The notes under the pieces are model-generated. The model did no database searches, was not told the DNA's origin, and saw only the letters and a list, made by a program, of their open reading frames with translations. 64,000 nucleotides of DNA from Pseudomonadota bacterium. Lineage in GTDB: Bacteria; Myxococcota; JACRCW01; JAFGSX01. Position numbers and translations under genes: made by a program. Positions 44,936 to 54,912 of this stretch are shown here, piece after piece (the first letter of the stretch is position 1; the number at the start of each line of letters is the position of its first letter). Location: contig JBDRCO010000111.1 in NCBI GenBank assembly GCA_043821645.1, forward strand, positions 64,001-128,000. Direction: 5' to 3'.

Positions 44936-45513
44936 GTGGTCTCCTCCTCGACGATGCCGTGCCCGCGCAGCGCAGCGAGCACTTCTGCCAGGGGCAAGCC
45001 GACCACGCAGGTGTAGGAGCCCAGGACCTGGTCCACCAGCGCGCCTCCATCGCCCTGGATGCCATAGCCACCGGCCTTGTCGAGGGGCTCGCCGCCAGAC
45101 ACGTAGCGGTCGATGTCTCCCGGACCCAGCGGTCGGAATCGAACCCGCGTCGATACCGAACTCTCCTGGACGACGCGGGCGCTTTTCGCCAGGGCAAAGG
45201 CCGAGGTCACAACGTGCCAGCAGCCCGAGAGTTCGCGCAGCATGCGGCGCGCGTCGTCGCTGTGCGCAGGCTTGCCGTACACGCGTCCCTCGAGATGCAC
45301 CACGGTGTCCGCCGCCAGGACCCAGCGCGCATCCTGTGCCGACACGGCCAGGGCCTTGTCTCGGGCCATGCGCAAGGCATAGCGCACCGGGCCCTCGTCG
45401 TCCCGGGGAGTCTCGTCGATGGCTGCGGGGATCACCGTGGGGTGCAGTCCGGCTCGCGCCAGCAGCTCGCGTCGACGTGGTGAGGCGGATGCCAGGATCC
45501 AATCCAGTGCCAT
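44932..45513 (-). CDS. maf: Maf family nucleoside triphosphate pyrophosphatase (YhdE-like)
   Basis: ILASASPRRRELL, IDE, ADTVV, GKP, DKAGGYGIQG, VVGLP; ATGA overlap with yggS. Confidence 0.95.
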   Translation of the reverse strand: MALDWILASASPRRRELLARAGLHPTVIPAAIDETPRDDEGPVRYALRMARDKALAVSAQDARWVLAADTVVHLEGRVYGKPAHSDDARRMLRELSGCWHVVTSAFALAKSARVVQESSVSTRVRFRPLGPGDIDRYVSGGEPLDKAGGYGIQGDGGALVDQVLGSYTCVVGLPLAEVLAALRGHGIVEEETT

Positions 45514-45521
45514 GGCGAGGC

Positions 45522-45549
45522 ATCTTACGAGGCGAGCCGGTTCTGTCAA
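45522..45549 (-). promoter_or_regulatory. Putative sigma70 promoter of maf-yggS
   Basis: Minus strand TTGACA, 16 nt spacer, TAAGAT, ending 8 nt before the maf ATG. Confidence 0.6.
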
Positions 45550-45722
45550 ACCACTCCGGTGGCGACGGGGCAGCGGTCGATGATGCTTGCGTCGGACGAT
45601 GAATCGCGGTTTGAGGGTCCGGCAAGCCAGCGCCGATCCTCCGCGACCCGCGTCGCTGAGCGAGGCGCCGGTGCCGCTTTCTGTGGCGGCTTGCAGGCAG
45701 CCCAGCGACGAGGGAGGAGACC

Positions 45723-46610
45723 ATGCGCAATGCGATGACGGTGGGGGTGCTCGGCCTGCTGTGGAGCGGTCTGGCGACGGCACAGGAAACCCGGGATATG
45801 GACCTGGGTGGCGCGATCATGCCTTCCGAGAGCGGCAGCAGCGACACCGCCGCCGATCGCGTCGAGCAGTACATCCCCAGCGCGGTCGAGGAACTCCCCA
45901 TCGAGGAGAGACCGACGCCCAAGGCCGACGGCAAGGACTACCTGCCCTTTCTGTGGGAGCGCTTCAAGGTCCTGCACAGCCGGGGCGAGTACCTCCGCGC
46001 CTGCGACGATCTCGAGACCCTGCACGGGGCGGGTGAGGACATGGCGTCGAGCCGGGACATGGCCGGTCGAAGCTACCTCGAGTGCGCACGTCTGCGTGCC
46101 GAGCAGAAGGACGGTGAGCGCGCCACGGTGCTCCTGGCCCGTTCCGAGGAGCTCATTGGCCAGGTCGACGAGCGCAAACGGGTGGTTGGTCCCCTGGCGC
46201 GGCAGCGCAGTGACGCCGCCCTGGCCAAGGGTGATCTGGTTGCTGCAGTGACGGCCTTTGACGAAGCCTTGCAGCTGGAGCCCGACGCCACGGACCGGCT
46301 GGAGTTCTCGACCAGGTTGGCCATCCTGGCGCGAGCAGCCTATGGCCGCGAGGACATCGCGGGCACTGAGAAAGCCCTGGCCGCAGCCCTGAAGTATTTT
46401 CCAAGCAACATGGAAGCCCAGCAGCTCAAGCGACAGCTCTGGCTGCGCGCCAACATGGGATGGATGGTCGGGGGCTCCTTTGCCGGCGTGTTGCTGCTGG
46501 TGGTGGCAACCATGCTGTGGCGCCGCGCTGCCGCAGGCCGCTACAAGAATATCGACCTGGATCAGGTCCCCGACCTCGGGGACGACGATGACGATGCGCT
46601 GGAGGCCTGA
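45723..46610 (+). CDS. Exported TPR-like protein with C-terminal TM and acidic tail
   Basis: GGAGG SD; signal peptide; TPR-like helices; TM followed by DDDDD tail. Confidence 0.75.
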   Translation: MRNAMTVGVLGLLWSGLATAQETRDMDLGGAIMPSESGSSDTAADRVEQYIPSAVEELPIEERPTPKADGKDYLPFLWERFKVLHSRGEYLRACDDLETLHGAGEDMASSRDMAGRSYLECARLRAEQKDGERATVLLARSEELIGQVDERKRVVGPLARQRSDAALAKGDLVAAVTAFDEALQLEPDATDRLEFSTRLAILARAAYGREDIAGTEKALAAALKYFPSNMEAQQLKRQLWLRANMGWMVGGSFAGVLLLVVATMLWRRAAAGRYKNIDLDQVPDLGDDDDDALEA

Positions 46611-46788
46611 GCTGCACCCTGGGTGTTGCTTCGAACAATCTGCTGTTACTCCATGATCGATTGAACGCTTGCTGGGCGCGGCCTCACAAACGCTGTATGT
46701 GACGCATTGAGTTCCCGGGGCTTGACCCGAGACCGTTACAGGATGGATGATCCCTGCTCCTTTCGCACGATCACATGGGGCGGTTGAC

Positions 46789-47484
46789 ATGAACCGATGG
46801 CTGACCTGGACTTTTGTGGCTCTTATGGGCGTCCCCGCGGCCGCGCAGGAGCAACCTGCCCCCGCGGGTGAGGCAGAGCCTGTGCCGGCGGCGGCAGCAC
46901 CAGCCGCGCCAGCACCGGCGGCACCGGCCAATCCAGGCCTGGGGCAGGCGGATCTGCGCTTCGACACCGAGACAACCTTGAGCCCTCAGCAGATGGTCGA
47001 GGATTCCCAGGCGGCCCTCGAGGGCATGCGCGCCGGGCTGGCCAGGGCTCTCGAGGTCCTGACCAAGGCCCGCGAGTCCAAGGATGTGATCCGTCTCAAC
47101 TGCGTCAACGAGAAGCTCACCCCGATGAAAGGCATCCTCAAGATCGCCGAGGACGCGCTGATCAGCCTTCAGGAAAACGTCGCCACCGGCAACGTCGAGG
47201 CAGCCCGCTACGAGTACTCCAAGATCCGGATATCCAAGGAGAAGATCAATACCCTGCTGGTCCAGGCGATCAATTGCGTGGGGGCCGAGTCCACCTACAC
47301 CGGCGACACCGAGATCACCACCGATGTCGACCCTGACATGGTCGGCGATGACCCCTATTACGGCGACCCGCAGATCCTGGTGGATCCGGCCAACAACACC
47401 GTCGAGCCCGACCCCACCGAGACCGACGTGGGTGAAGACACCCCGCCCATCGATCGGCCGCCTCCTGCCAGTCCCTACCGCTAG
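46789..47484 (+). CDS. Secreted hypothetical protein (helical core, acidic Pro-rich tail)
   Basis: Signal peptide ending AAA-Q; PA linker; KDVIRLNCVNEKL..AINCVG two-Cys helical region. Confidence 0.75.
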   Translation: MNRWLTWTFVALMGVPAAAQEQPAPAGEAEPVPAAAAPAAPAPAAPANPGLGQADLRFDTETTLSPQQMVEDSQAALEGMRAGLARALEVLTKARESKDVIRLNCVNEKLTPMKGILKIAEDALISLQENVATGNVEAARYEYSKIRISKEKINTLLVQAINCVGAESTYTGDTEITTDVDPDMVGDDPYYGDPQILVDPANNTVEPDPTETDVGEDTPPIDRPPPASPYR

Positions 47485-47515
47485 TCCGCGAAGCCGAACC
47501 GCACACTTTTTTTCC

Positions 47516-47544
47516 TTGCGTGGCGACGAAGCGCCAGATACAAA
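47516..47544 (+). promoter_or_regulatory. Putative sigma70 promoter of tRNA-Asp
   Basis: T-tract upstream; TTGCGT, 17 nt spacer, TACAAA; 12 nt before the tRNA. Confidence 0.5.
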
Positions 47545-47556
47545 CGCGCTCGCTTT

Positions 47557-47633
<77 letters not shown>

Positions 47634-47634
47634 T

Positions 47635-47670
47635 GAAAGCCCCTGAGAAATCAGGGGCTTTCTTTTTTTT
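47635..47670 (+). terminator. Intrinsic terminator after tRNA-Asp
   Basis: gaaagcccctga-gaaa-tcaggggctttc followed by T8. Confidence 0.93.
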
Positions 47671-47802
47671 GCCTGTCGAGCGTTCTGCGTCTCTTTCTGC
47701 CCTCCAAGCCCGGAATTGCTCTCCAGATTTGTTGGCAGCTGTGCGGCGCGTGCCCGCCATGTATGGTGGGAGCTCGTTCCACGAGAAAGGGCGGGTGGCG
47801 GC

Positions 47803-48183
47803 ATGGCTGACGACGTGTGCAGTGCTTGCGGTGGTGACGGCACCATTCACAACTCCTTTGGCCTGACCAACAGGTGTCCCAACTGTCGAGGTTCGGGTCG
47901 ACGGTCCGAGGACCAGGCCCTGTTTCGCGACGTCACCAAGACCAAGCCGTCACACCACCACAGGCCTGTTGCTCCCGTAGAGGAGAAGCTCAAACGCGAC
48001 GCGCCGAGCAGCAAGAATGGCCTCCTGCTTGCGGGCGACATCCGCGGCAGTGCCCAGCTCTCGGCTGAGAACAAGGAGCTGCTGATCCGGGAAATCATCG
48101 AGTACGAGGGGATTCATGGAGGCTGCACCAAGACCTTCGTCAACAAGATGCGCAAGAAGCTACGGGCCGGGGACGGAGCCTAG
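47803..48183 (+). CDS. Small protein with a DnaJ-type zinc-finger (two CxxCxGxG)
   Basis: CSACGGDG and CPNCRGSG; no J-domain HPD motif. Confidence 0.7.
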   Translation: MADDVCSACGGDGTIHNSFGLTNRCPNCRGSGRRSEDQALFRDVTKTKPSHHHRPVAPVEEKLKRDAPSSKNGLLLAGDIRGSAQLSAENKELLIREIIEYEGIHGGCTKTFVNKMRKKLRAGDGA

Positions 48184-48320
48184 GAAACCGTGACAGCGGA
48201 CTGAAAAGGGACGACAGGAACGATCGCTGCGCGCGACGTCGAGGGGGGGGCGGCATGTTGATAACCCACGACGATGATGTCATTCTTCATGTGTAGCACG
48301 ATGGGTCAGGGGACCAGGCC

Positions 48321-49277
48321 ATGGACCACGGCGCGACAGACACGCTGGGCGGCCGTGCACGGTCGACCTGGCAGACCGCGGGCTCGTTGGCTGTCCTGCT
48401 GACGTCCTCCCTGATGGCCTTTCCTGCAGCCCGAGCCGAGAACCCGACCCTGGCCGAGGCGCGCGCGCTTTATGACGAGCTGAGCTACACCGAGGCGTAC
48501 CAGGCCTACAGCAAGGCGCTGGCGGTCAAGGGCAACCGGCCCGGGGAGATCGCACACATCTACGAGCGCCTGGGCATCATCTCGGCCGCCGGCGACAGGA
48601 ACGAGGAGGCCCTGGGTCACTTCAAGCGGCTGATCTGTCTCAATCCCGATGCCAGGCTGTCAGGCGGACTCTCCCCCAAGGTCCAGCATCCCTTCGAGCA
48701 GGCCCTGGCGCAGGCGTCGCAAGAGCGTCCGTTTCGCCTGCTGCAAAAATCCGTGCGACTGCTCTCGGACGCCGGGGGGCTGGTTCTCGAGGTGGAGCTG
48801 GAGCCTGATTCTCTGGGGCTGGCCACGGGCGTCACCCTCAACTATCGAAAGGCGGGCTCCGGGGTTTTCCAGGCCCTGACGCGCGAGGGTCACGGCACCC
48901 TGTGGTTGACGGTGGGGCCCGGCGAGTTGCCCGCCGGGAGCAGTGCCGAGTACTTCCTGCAGGTCAACGACAGCCACGGTGGCGTACTGTGGGAGCTGGG
49001 GGCCGAGCGCTCGCCCTTTGTCAAGCGCATCGCCGGGGATGGAACCCAGGTGTTGAGCGCATCCGCGGTGGACGGCCAGCCGACGATGAACTCGAGCACA
49101 AACCGAAGTGACGACGGGGAATGGTACCAGGAGCCTCTGGTCTGGGTGGGTGCTGGTGCTGGGGCACTGGTCCTGGTGGCCGGCGTGACGACGGTGGCCG
49201 TGATCGCGGCTCTCGCGGGCGATGGCTCGCCTGTGGACTTTGGCGAGATGAAACACGAGATCGCCCAGGCTCGCTAG
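48321..49277 (+). CDS. Exported TPR protein with beta domain and C-terminal Gly-rich hydrophobic segment
   Basis: Signal ending ARA-E; TPR helices; WYQEPLVWVGAGAGALVLVAG segment. Confidence 0.78.
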   Translation: MDHGATDTLGGRARSTWQTAGSLAVLLTSSLMAFPAARAENPTLAEARALYDELSYTEAYQAYSKALAVKGNRPGEIAHIYERLGIISAAGDRNEEALGHFKRLICLNPDARLSGGLSPKVQHPFEQALAQASQERPFRLLQKSVRLLSDAGGLVLEVELEPDSLGLATGVTLNYRKAGSGVFQALTREGHGTLWLTVGPGELPAGSSAEYFLQVNDSHGGVLWELGAERSPFVKRIAGDGTQVLSASAVDGQPTMNSSTNRSDDGEWYQEPLVWVGAGAGALVLVAGVTTVAVIAALAGDGSPVDFGEMKHEIAQAR

Positions 49278-49320
49278 CGCGGCCCGGGCACCGCACCGAC
49301 TGGTTGAGCAACGACGGCAC

Positions 49321-51171
49321 ATGGAAGATAAGCCCAGCGAGTCACCAGAAACTCCGGCCAGCGGGTCTGACGATCCCTTGCTGGAACCCATGGCGCATGG
49401 CGAAAAGCTGGGACGCTATACCCTGCTCAATGAGTTGGCCACGGGGGGCATGGCCACGCTGTATCTGGCACGTGTGACAGGTCCCTCCGGTTTTGAAAAG
49501 TACTTCGCGGTCAAGCGCATCCATCCCCACCTGGCCAAGGAGAAGCACTTCGTCGAGATGTTTCTCGACGAGGCCCGCATCGCGGCGCGCATCAGTCACC
49601 CCAACGTGGTGCAGATTCACGAGCTCGGTGTGGTCGAGAAGAACCTCTTCATCACCATGGAATACATCGAGGGCGAGAGCCTGGCCCGGCTGATGAGCAC
49701 GGTCTGGAAGAAGCCCCAGAGCGGTGGACACCGGACGCGCTTCCCGCTGCGCGAGGCAGTGCACATCATCGGCGAGACCGCTGCCGGACTGCACGCCGCG
49801 CACGAGCTCTGTGCGCCGGATGGGCAGCACATCGACCTGGTCCACCGCGATGTGTCTCCGCACAACATCCTGGTGTCCTACGGCGGTCACGTGAAGTTGA
49901 TCGACTTCGGCGTCGCCAAGGCCCGCTGGCGCATCGCTCACACCGATGGTGGCGCGGTGAAGGGCAAGATCGCGTACATGTCTCCCGAGCAGTTGCAGGG
50001 CGAGCCCCTCGACCGTCGCTCCGACCTGTTTTCGCTCGGCATCGTGCTCTACGAGCTGACCACGGGGCGTCGCCTGTTCAAGCAATCCGCCGATGTGGGT
50101 TCCCTGGCTCAGATCATCAACGTCACCATCCGACGTCCCACCGAGGTGTTGGCGGACTACCCGCGTGAACTCGAAGACGTGGTGCTGCGGGCGCTGGCCA
50201 AGAAGCGGGAAGACCGTTTCCAGACGGCGGACGAGATGCGCCGGGCTCTCGAGCACGTGGCCATGTCCCTCGGCCCGCCCCGGGGTGCGACCGACCTCGG
50301 CGTGATCATGCGCACGGTGTTTGCCGACCGCATGCAGCAGAAGTCCCGCCTGCGCGACGGCTACCACATGGCGGACCTCGAGGCGGAACAGTCAGACCGC
50401 ATCAGCTCGAGCGGCACCCTCGACCTGGGCCCGGCCACACCCAGCGTCGACAGTCTCAAGCCAACGGTGGTGCAGCAGCTGGGAGGCAAGCGACGCCCCG
50501 GCGTGCTCATTGCTGGGCTCGGGGGCATCATCGCCGTGCTCGTGCTGATTCTCGTCTGGGCCCTCGGCATGCGATCTGCGGCCCCACCGCCATCCCGTCT
50601 CGGCAGCGTTCGCATCTCCAGTAGCCCGGCCGGGGCTGCGGTTTATGCCAACGGCCAGGGCCCAGTGGCCAACACGCCGGCTCTGCTCGGTGAGCTGGTC
50701 CCCGGTGCGCTCACTCTGGCCCTGCAACTGGACGGCTACCAGCGCTGGGAGAGAACCCTCCAGGTCGGGGACAAGGGTCAGGAGATCATCCTGGATGCCT
50801 CACTATTGCCGCTCCCCAAGCCGACGGTCCAGGAGCCGCCTGCGGCGACGCAGCCTGCACCACAGCCGTTGCCGCAGGAGCCGGCGGTCGCTCAACCCGA
50901 GACCACCGCTCCGCGGGTTCGCGCGCCAGCCCCCCGGCCCCCGGCTGCCAGGAAGCCAGGCCAGCTCACCCTCGACGCGGCGCCGTGGGCGGAGGTCTGG
51001 CTCGGCTCCAAGAAACTTGGCCAGACCCCGCTCATAGACCTGTCCCTGCCGGCCGGCACGCACACATTGATGCTCCTTCCCAAAGGCCAGAAACCCGGGC
51101 GACGGCTACAGATCGAGATCAAACCCGGCCAGAAGACGCGCAAGCAGGTCACCCTCGACAACCTTCGCTGA
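49321..51171 (+). CDS. Hanks-type Ser/Thr protein kinase, TM, two PEGA-like domains
   Basis: LATGGMA, AVKRI, HRDVSPHN, IDFG, GKIAYMSPE, DLFSLG; TM; SSPAGA..TP and PWAEVW..LGQTP PEGA modules. Confidence 0.95.
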   Translation: MEDKPSESPETPASGSDDPLLEPMAHGEKLGRYTLLNELATGGMATLYLARVTGPSGFEKYFAVKRIHPHLAKEKHFVEMFLDEARIAARISHPNVVQIHELGVVEKNLFITMEYIEGESLARLMSTVWKKPQSGGHRTRFPLREAVHIIGETAAGLHAAHELCAPDGQHIDLVHRDVSPHNILVSYGGHVKLIDFGVAKARWRIAHTDGGAVKGKIAYMSPEQLQGEPLDRRSDLFSLGIVLYELTTGRRLFKQSADVGSLAQIINVTIRRPTEVLADYPRELEDVVLRALAKKREDRFQTADEMRRALEHVAMSLGPPRGATDLGVIMRTVFADRMQQKSRLRDGYHMADLEAEQSDRISSSGTLDLGPATPSVDSLKPTVVQQLGGKRRPGVLIAGLGGIIAVLVLILVWALGMRSAAPPPSRLGSVRISSSPAGAAVYANGQGPVANTPALLGELVPGALTLALQLDGYQRWERTLQVGDKGQEIILDASLLPLPKPTVQEPPAATQPAPQPLPQEPAVAQPETTAPRVRAPAPRPPAARKPGQLTLDAAPWAEVWLGSKKLGQTPLIDLSLPAGTHTLMLLPKGQKPGRRLQIEIKPGQKTRKQVTLDNLR

Positions 51172-51261
51172 TGCGCGAGCCCATGCTGGACTGTTCATCG
51201 CCTGGCTTCGGTGCGCTGGCACTTCTATACTTAACAGGGTGCCCATCACTGTGAGGCTGAC

Positions 51262-54200
51262 ATGAGATCCCGGTTTTTTCGGCAGGGTCTCGCGCTCCTG
51301 CTTGGGGCGTTGCTGGCAAGCGCCTGCGGCGCCGGCAACTACAGCCTTGTGCTGGTCTATCCGGATCAGTCCAGCTACGACCAGTCGAGCCAGGGTGAGC
51401 TCTTTGTCGGCGAGGGAACATCATGCGGGGACCTGGAACAGCGCGAGGCCCGGCTGCGCTTTGACCCACACGGCAGTGGTCCGGCCCTGGGCAAGATCCA
51501 GCCAGGCCAGGTCTCGTTCGCTGTCCGCGTGCGCGATGTGGACTGTGCGCTCATCCTCAAGGGCTGCGTCGAGGCCGAGATCCGACGCGGAACAGACAAG
51601 GAAGTTCGCGTGGTGCTCACACACGCAGACGAATCTCGCTGCGACAGTGGACAGTCCTGCCAGCTGGGGCGATGCGTCACGGCAGACGGCGGAGGCGTGG
51701 ACTCGTCGGTCGTGGATGCCGCGGTCGATGGTGGAGGCCGGGATACGGGTACTGACGGTGCCACGCCTGCAGACGCGAGCAGCACCGACCTTGCGCTGCT
51801 GGACGTGGCTGGTGCGGACCTCGTCGCAACGGATGGCAATGGAACGGACGCCGTGGCGAACGATGCGACGATCGGAGATGGAGCCGGATTGGACTCGGGT
51901 TCGTCGTCAGACTCTGGACCCTCAACGGACTCGGGTGTCGCTGGCACGTCCACCATCACCGGCACCGGCCCCGTGGTCGCGGACGGTGTGGCTGCAAGCA
52001 CCATCACCATCACTCTGCTGGACGCGCTGTCCCAACCTGTGATCGGGAGGGTGCCAACCTTCACCAGCGACGGTCATGACAACACCATCCTGAATAATTG
52101 CACGGCCAGCAGCAGTGGCGGCGTGTCCACCTGCATCGGCGCGCTGCGCTCCACCCGGGCCGAGACCAAGCACCTGGTGATCTCCTCTCCCTCCGTGGTT
52201 TTCGGCGGCAGCGTCGAGTTCGTGGCCGGTCCCGCGGTGGTGGCGACCTCGCGGGTGCAGGGCAGCAGTCCCGTGGTGGCAGATGGCCAGCAGGCCAGCA
52301 CCGTGGTGGTGTCGCTGCGCGATGCGCACGACAACCCAGTCGTCGGCGTGCAGCCTGTCATCGACGCCACGGGCACCGCGGTCCAGGTCAGCCAGACCTG
52401 CTCTGCCACCGCCAGCGACGGCACGGCAACCTGTCCGGCCGCTGTGCGCTCGACGGTCGCCGAGACCAAGCGCCTGCGCCTGACCGCTCCTGTGGACATG
52501 GATGGCGACACCGTTGACTTCGTGAACCTGCCCGTTCCGGCTCGTGGCTACACCCAGCGCCCCTGCGGCTTCGACATGAACCACGACGGGATCATCGGTG
52601 GTCCCGAGGACTGCGACGTGTGCGATGGCCAGACCACGGATCCCGATCACGATGGCCAGGCCGAGGACCTGATCTACGTCGACGCGGTCAACGGGCACGA
52701 CAGCACCGGAACAGGCAGTCCGACCTCACCCTACCGGACCATAGCGAAGGCCATGAACGTGGCCAACGGACCGGGCGTCGGCGCTGAGGACATCCTGTGC
52801 CTGCGTGGCACCTTTCGCGAGAGGATCGACCTGCTTGTCTCGGGCCAGGGTCCGGCCTACCAGCGAGGCGACATAGAACTGCCCTTGAATCCCATGATGA
52901 TCGTGGGCTGGGACACCGACAACGATGGCCAGTATCCGCCCTACGATAGCGACGACGTGGTCCTGCTCGACGGCGATGGCGCCTGGAACAGCGGTTTCAA
53001 CGCTGCGGGGCCGGCCGTCAGCTATATCGAGGTCGCCCACTTGGTGGCCCTCAAGTTCACCAACATCGTCAGTTCGGGCTCGGACGCCTTCTACTTCGCG
53101 CACTCGGAGGCCGGGCCCATCAGTCACCACTACCTGCACGATATCGAGGCGGACCAGATCAACGTGGGTACGGGTGAGCAGGACAACGACGATCACGGGG
53201 TCGCCGTCGGTGCAGTGGGCACCAACCTGGCCTGGCACATCACCATCGACAACAACCAGTTCACCAGGGCCGGGGCCACGGTGTTCGAGGCCTGGGCCGA
53301 GGACGAGTTCGAGACTTCCCGCAACCTTTTCTACGGCCACAACACGGTGACCCTGGAGGGGAGGGTCGGTGTCAACGCCGTCTTCTCAAGAATGTTTGTC
53401 ACCGACCACGTATCCATCATCGACAACGTGGTCCTGGGACGACCCGCGGCGTGGGGTGGAGGCGAGACGAGCGGCATCTTGATCTCCGATTGCACCGTCG
53501 ACACCCTGATCACTCGCAACCAGTTCATCGATGTGCAGTTCCCCCTCGATATCGATGCAGATGTGATTGGCTGTGACGAAGCCAGGCCTATTGATGCGAT
53601 GGTGGACGGGAACATCATCAGCAACCAGTACTACAGCGCCACGGACATGTGGTGGGGGATCTACCTGCACTCGGCGCACGACGCGGGGCCCTCCCTCGGT
53701 GATCTGCTCGTCTACAACAACGTCATCACGGCCACCCCGGGGCACGAGTTCAAGTCGAGCATCTACCTGGCTGCGGGAAATACAACCAGCACGCAGTGGA
53801 GCTTCATCGTCGTCGCTGGCAACACCTTCTGTGGAAGTACCGGCGGCAGTGTGTTGCTGGACGTCGATAGCCAGACCTACCTGGCGGACAATGTCTTTAT
53901 CCTCAACAACATCTTCGCCTGCCAGACGGGGTCGGATGCGCTGACCCTGGGCTGGGTACCGGGCGCGCTGGAGAGCAACGGCAACGTGTTCGAGGCTCCG
54001 CTGATCAACAGCGCCACACTGACAGATTGGCGCACCAGCAGCGGCCAGGATCAGAACTCGGCGAACTGTTCACCGGCGTTCGTGACCGGATCGCCGGTGG
54101 CCGAGCTCAGCTCGTTGGACACCTGTGCCCGCGGTGTCGGTGATGACATCACGTGGTTCACGGACACGGATGTCGATGGGGAGCCGCGGCCGCAGAGCGG

Positions 54201-54825
54201 AGGCATCGCGGGGGCCAACGTCGATCCCGGCGCGGTCGATGTGGTGTTCCAGGATCACTTCGTGCGCACCACCGCGGATACCGTGGGCCGGGGATGGCTC
54301 GAGACCGAGAGCAACCGCTTCTGGTACACATGGATGGGCTCCCTCGGCTCGGACGACGGTGTCGACCCCACCGCGCCCTTCTCGGTGCAGCGGAGCTTTG
54401 TGCCCAGGACCAGCGGTAGGCTTCACTGGTCCTTCTTGCTCGCCATCAACCGGGCCTCGCAGACGCGCTACGTGCTCGACATGCAGCTGGGCAGTGCGGA
54501 CGCTATGCTGCCGAACAACCCCGACCCAGGTGCGGCGGTCTACCTGCGCTGGGGCGGGACCTACTACGGCTTGCCCCAGCCCGCCGGTCTGGGTGTGGTC
54601 GAGACGGGTGGTGTCACCCAGTTCGACATCCTGGACAACGACCTCGTCGTGATCGACGTGTTCATCGAGCTCGACGCCCGGACCTACGACGTCTACACCT
54701 GGGGCAACCCCGTGGCCTCCGACGTCGCCTTCTTCGCCGACGTTCCCATCGACACCATTCGCTTCTTCTCCGACGCCGGCCGCATGGAGATCGACATCGA
54801 CGCCATACGCATCGAGGTCCCGTGA
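51262..54825 (+). CDS. Large lipoprotein: Asp-rich linker, two invasin Ig repeats, DUF1565-like start and right-handed beta-helix, C-terminal beta domain
   Basis: Lipobox LASAC; VVADG..TITITLLD and VVADG..VSLRDAHDNP repeats; IYVDAVNGHDSTGTGSPTSPYRTIAKA; repeated I.NN.. beta-helix rungs. Confidence 0.82.
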   Translation: MRSRFFRQGLALLLGALLASACGAGNYSLVLVYPDQSSYDQSSQGELFVGEGTSCGDLEQREARLRFDPHGSGPALGKIQPGQVSFAVRVRDVDCALILKGCVEAEIRRGTDKEVRVVLTHADESRCDSGQSCQLGRCVTADGGGVDSSVVDAAVDGGGRDTGTDGATPADASSTDLALLDVAGADLVATDGNGTDAVANDATIGDGAGLDSGSSSDSGPSTDSGVAGTSTITGTGPVVADGVAASTITITLLDALSQPVIGRVPTFTSDGHDNTILNNCTASSSGGVSTCIGALRSTRAETKHLVISSPSVVFGGSVEFVAGPAVVATSRVQGSSPVVADGQQASTVVVSLRDAHDNPVVGVQPVIDATGTAVQVSQTCSATASDGTATCPAAVRSTVAETKRLRLTAPVDMDGDTVDFVNLPVPARGYTQRPCGFDMNHDGIIGGPEDCDVCDGQTTDPDHDGQAEDLIYVDAVNGHDSTGTGSPTSPYRTIAKAMNVANGPGVGAEDILCLRGTFRERIDLLVSGQGPAYQRGDIELPLNPMMIVGWDTDNDGQYPPYDSDDVVLLDGDGAWNSGFNAAGPAVSYIEVAHLVALKFTNIVSSGSDAFYFAHSEAGPISHHYLHDIEADQINVGTGEQDNDDHGVAVGAVGTNLAWHITIDNNQFTRAGATVFEAWAEDEFETSRNLFYGHNTVTLEGRVGVNAVFSRMFVTDHVSIIDNVVLGRPAAWGGGETSGILISDCTVDTLITRNQFIDVQFPLDIDADVIGCDEARPIDAMVDGNIISNQYYSATDMWWGIYLHSAHDAGPSLGDLLVYNNVITATPGHEFKSSIYLAAGNTTSTQWSFIVVAGNTFCGSTGGSVLLDVDSQTYLADNVFILNNIFACQTGSDALTLGWVPGALESNGNVFEAPLINSATLTDWRTSSGQDQNSANCSPAFVTGSPVAELSSLDTCARGVGDDITWFTDTDVDGEPRPQSGGIAGANVDPGAVDVVFQDHFVRTTADTVGRGWLETESNRFWYTWMGSLGSDDGVDPTAPFSVQRSFVPRTSGRLHWSFLLAINRASQTRYVLDMQLGSADAMLPNNPDPGAAVYLRWGGTYYGLPQPAGLGVVETGGVTQFDILDNDLVVIDVFIELDARTYDVYTWGNPVASDVAFFADVPIDTIRFFSDAGRMEIDIDAIRIEVP

Positions 54826-54912
54826 GCGGACCCTCGAGCTGGAAGTGAACTCTGCGGCCGACACGTGTGAAGCAGACCCGGAGGGGAGGATCGCGCGAGT
54901 GGAGCGGCGGGG

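Noticed and set aside
44252-45934. 560-aa yggS, and similarly long N-terminal extensions of czcB, queC and the PKD gene in the ORF track
   Set aside because: The extensions overlap neighbouring genes in other frames; downstream starts with SD or ATGA coupling fit the family lengths.
48243-48250. G8 tract upstream of the TPR-kinase cassette as a phase-variation switch
   Set aside because: Short intergenic run in a GC-rich genome, with no identifiable promoter elements spanning it.
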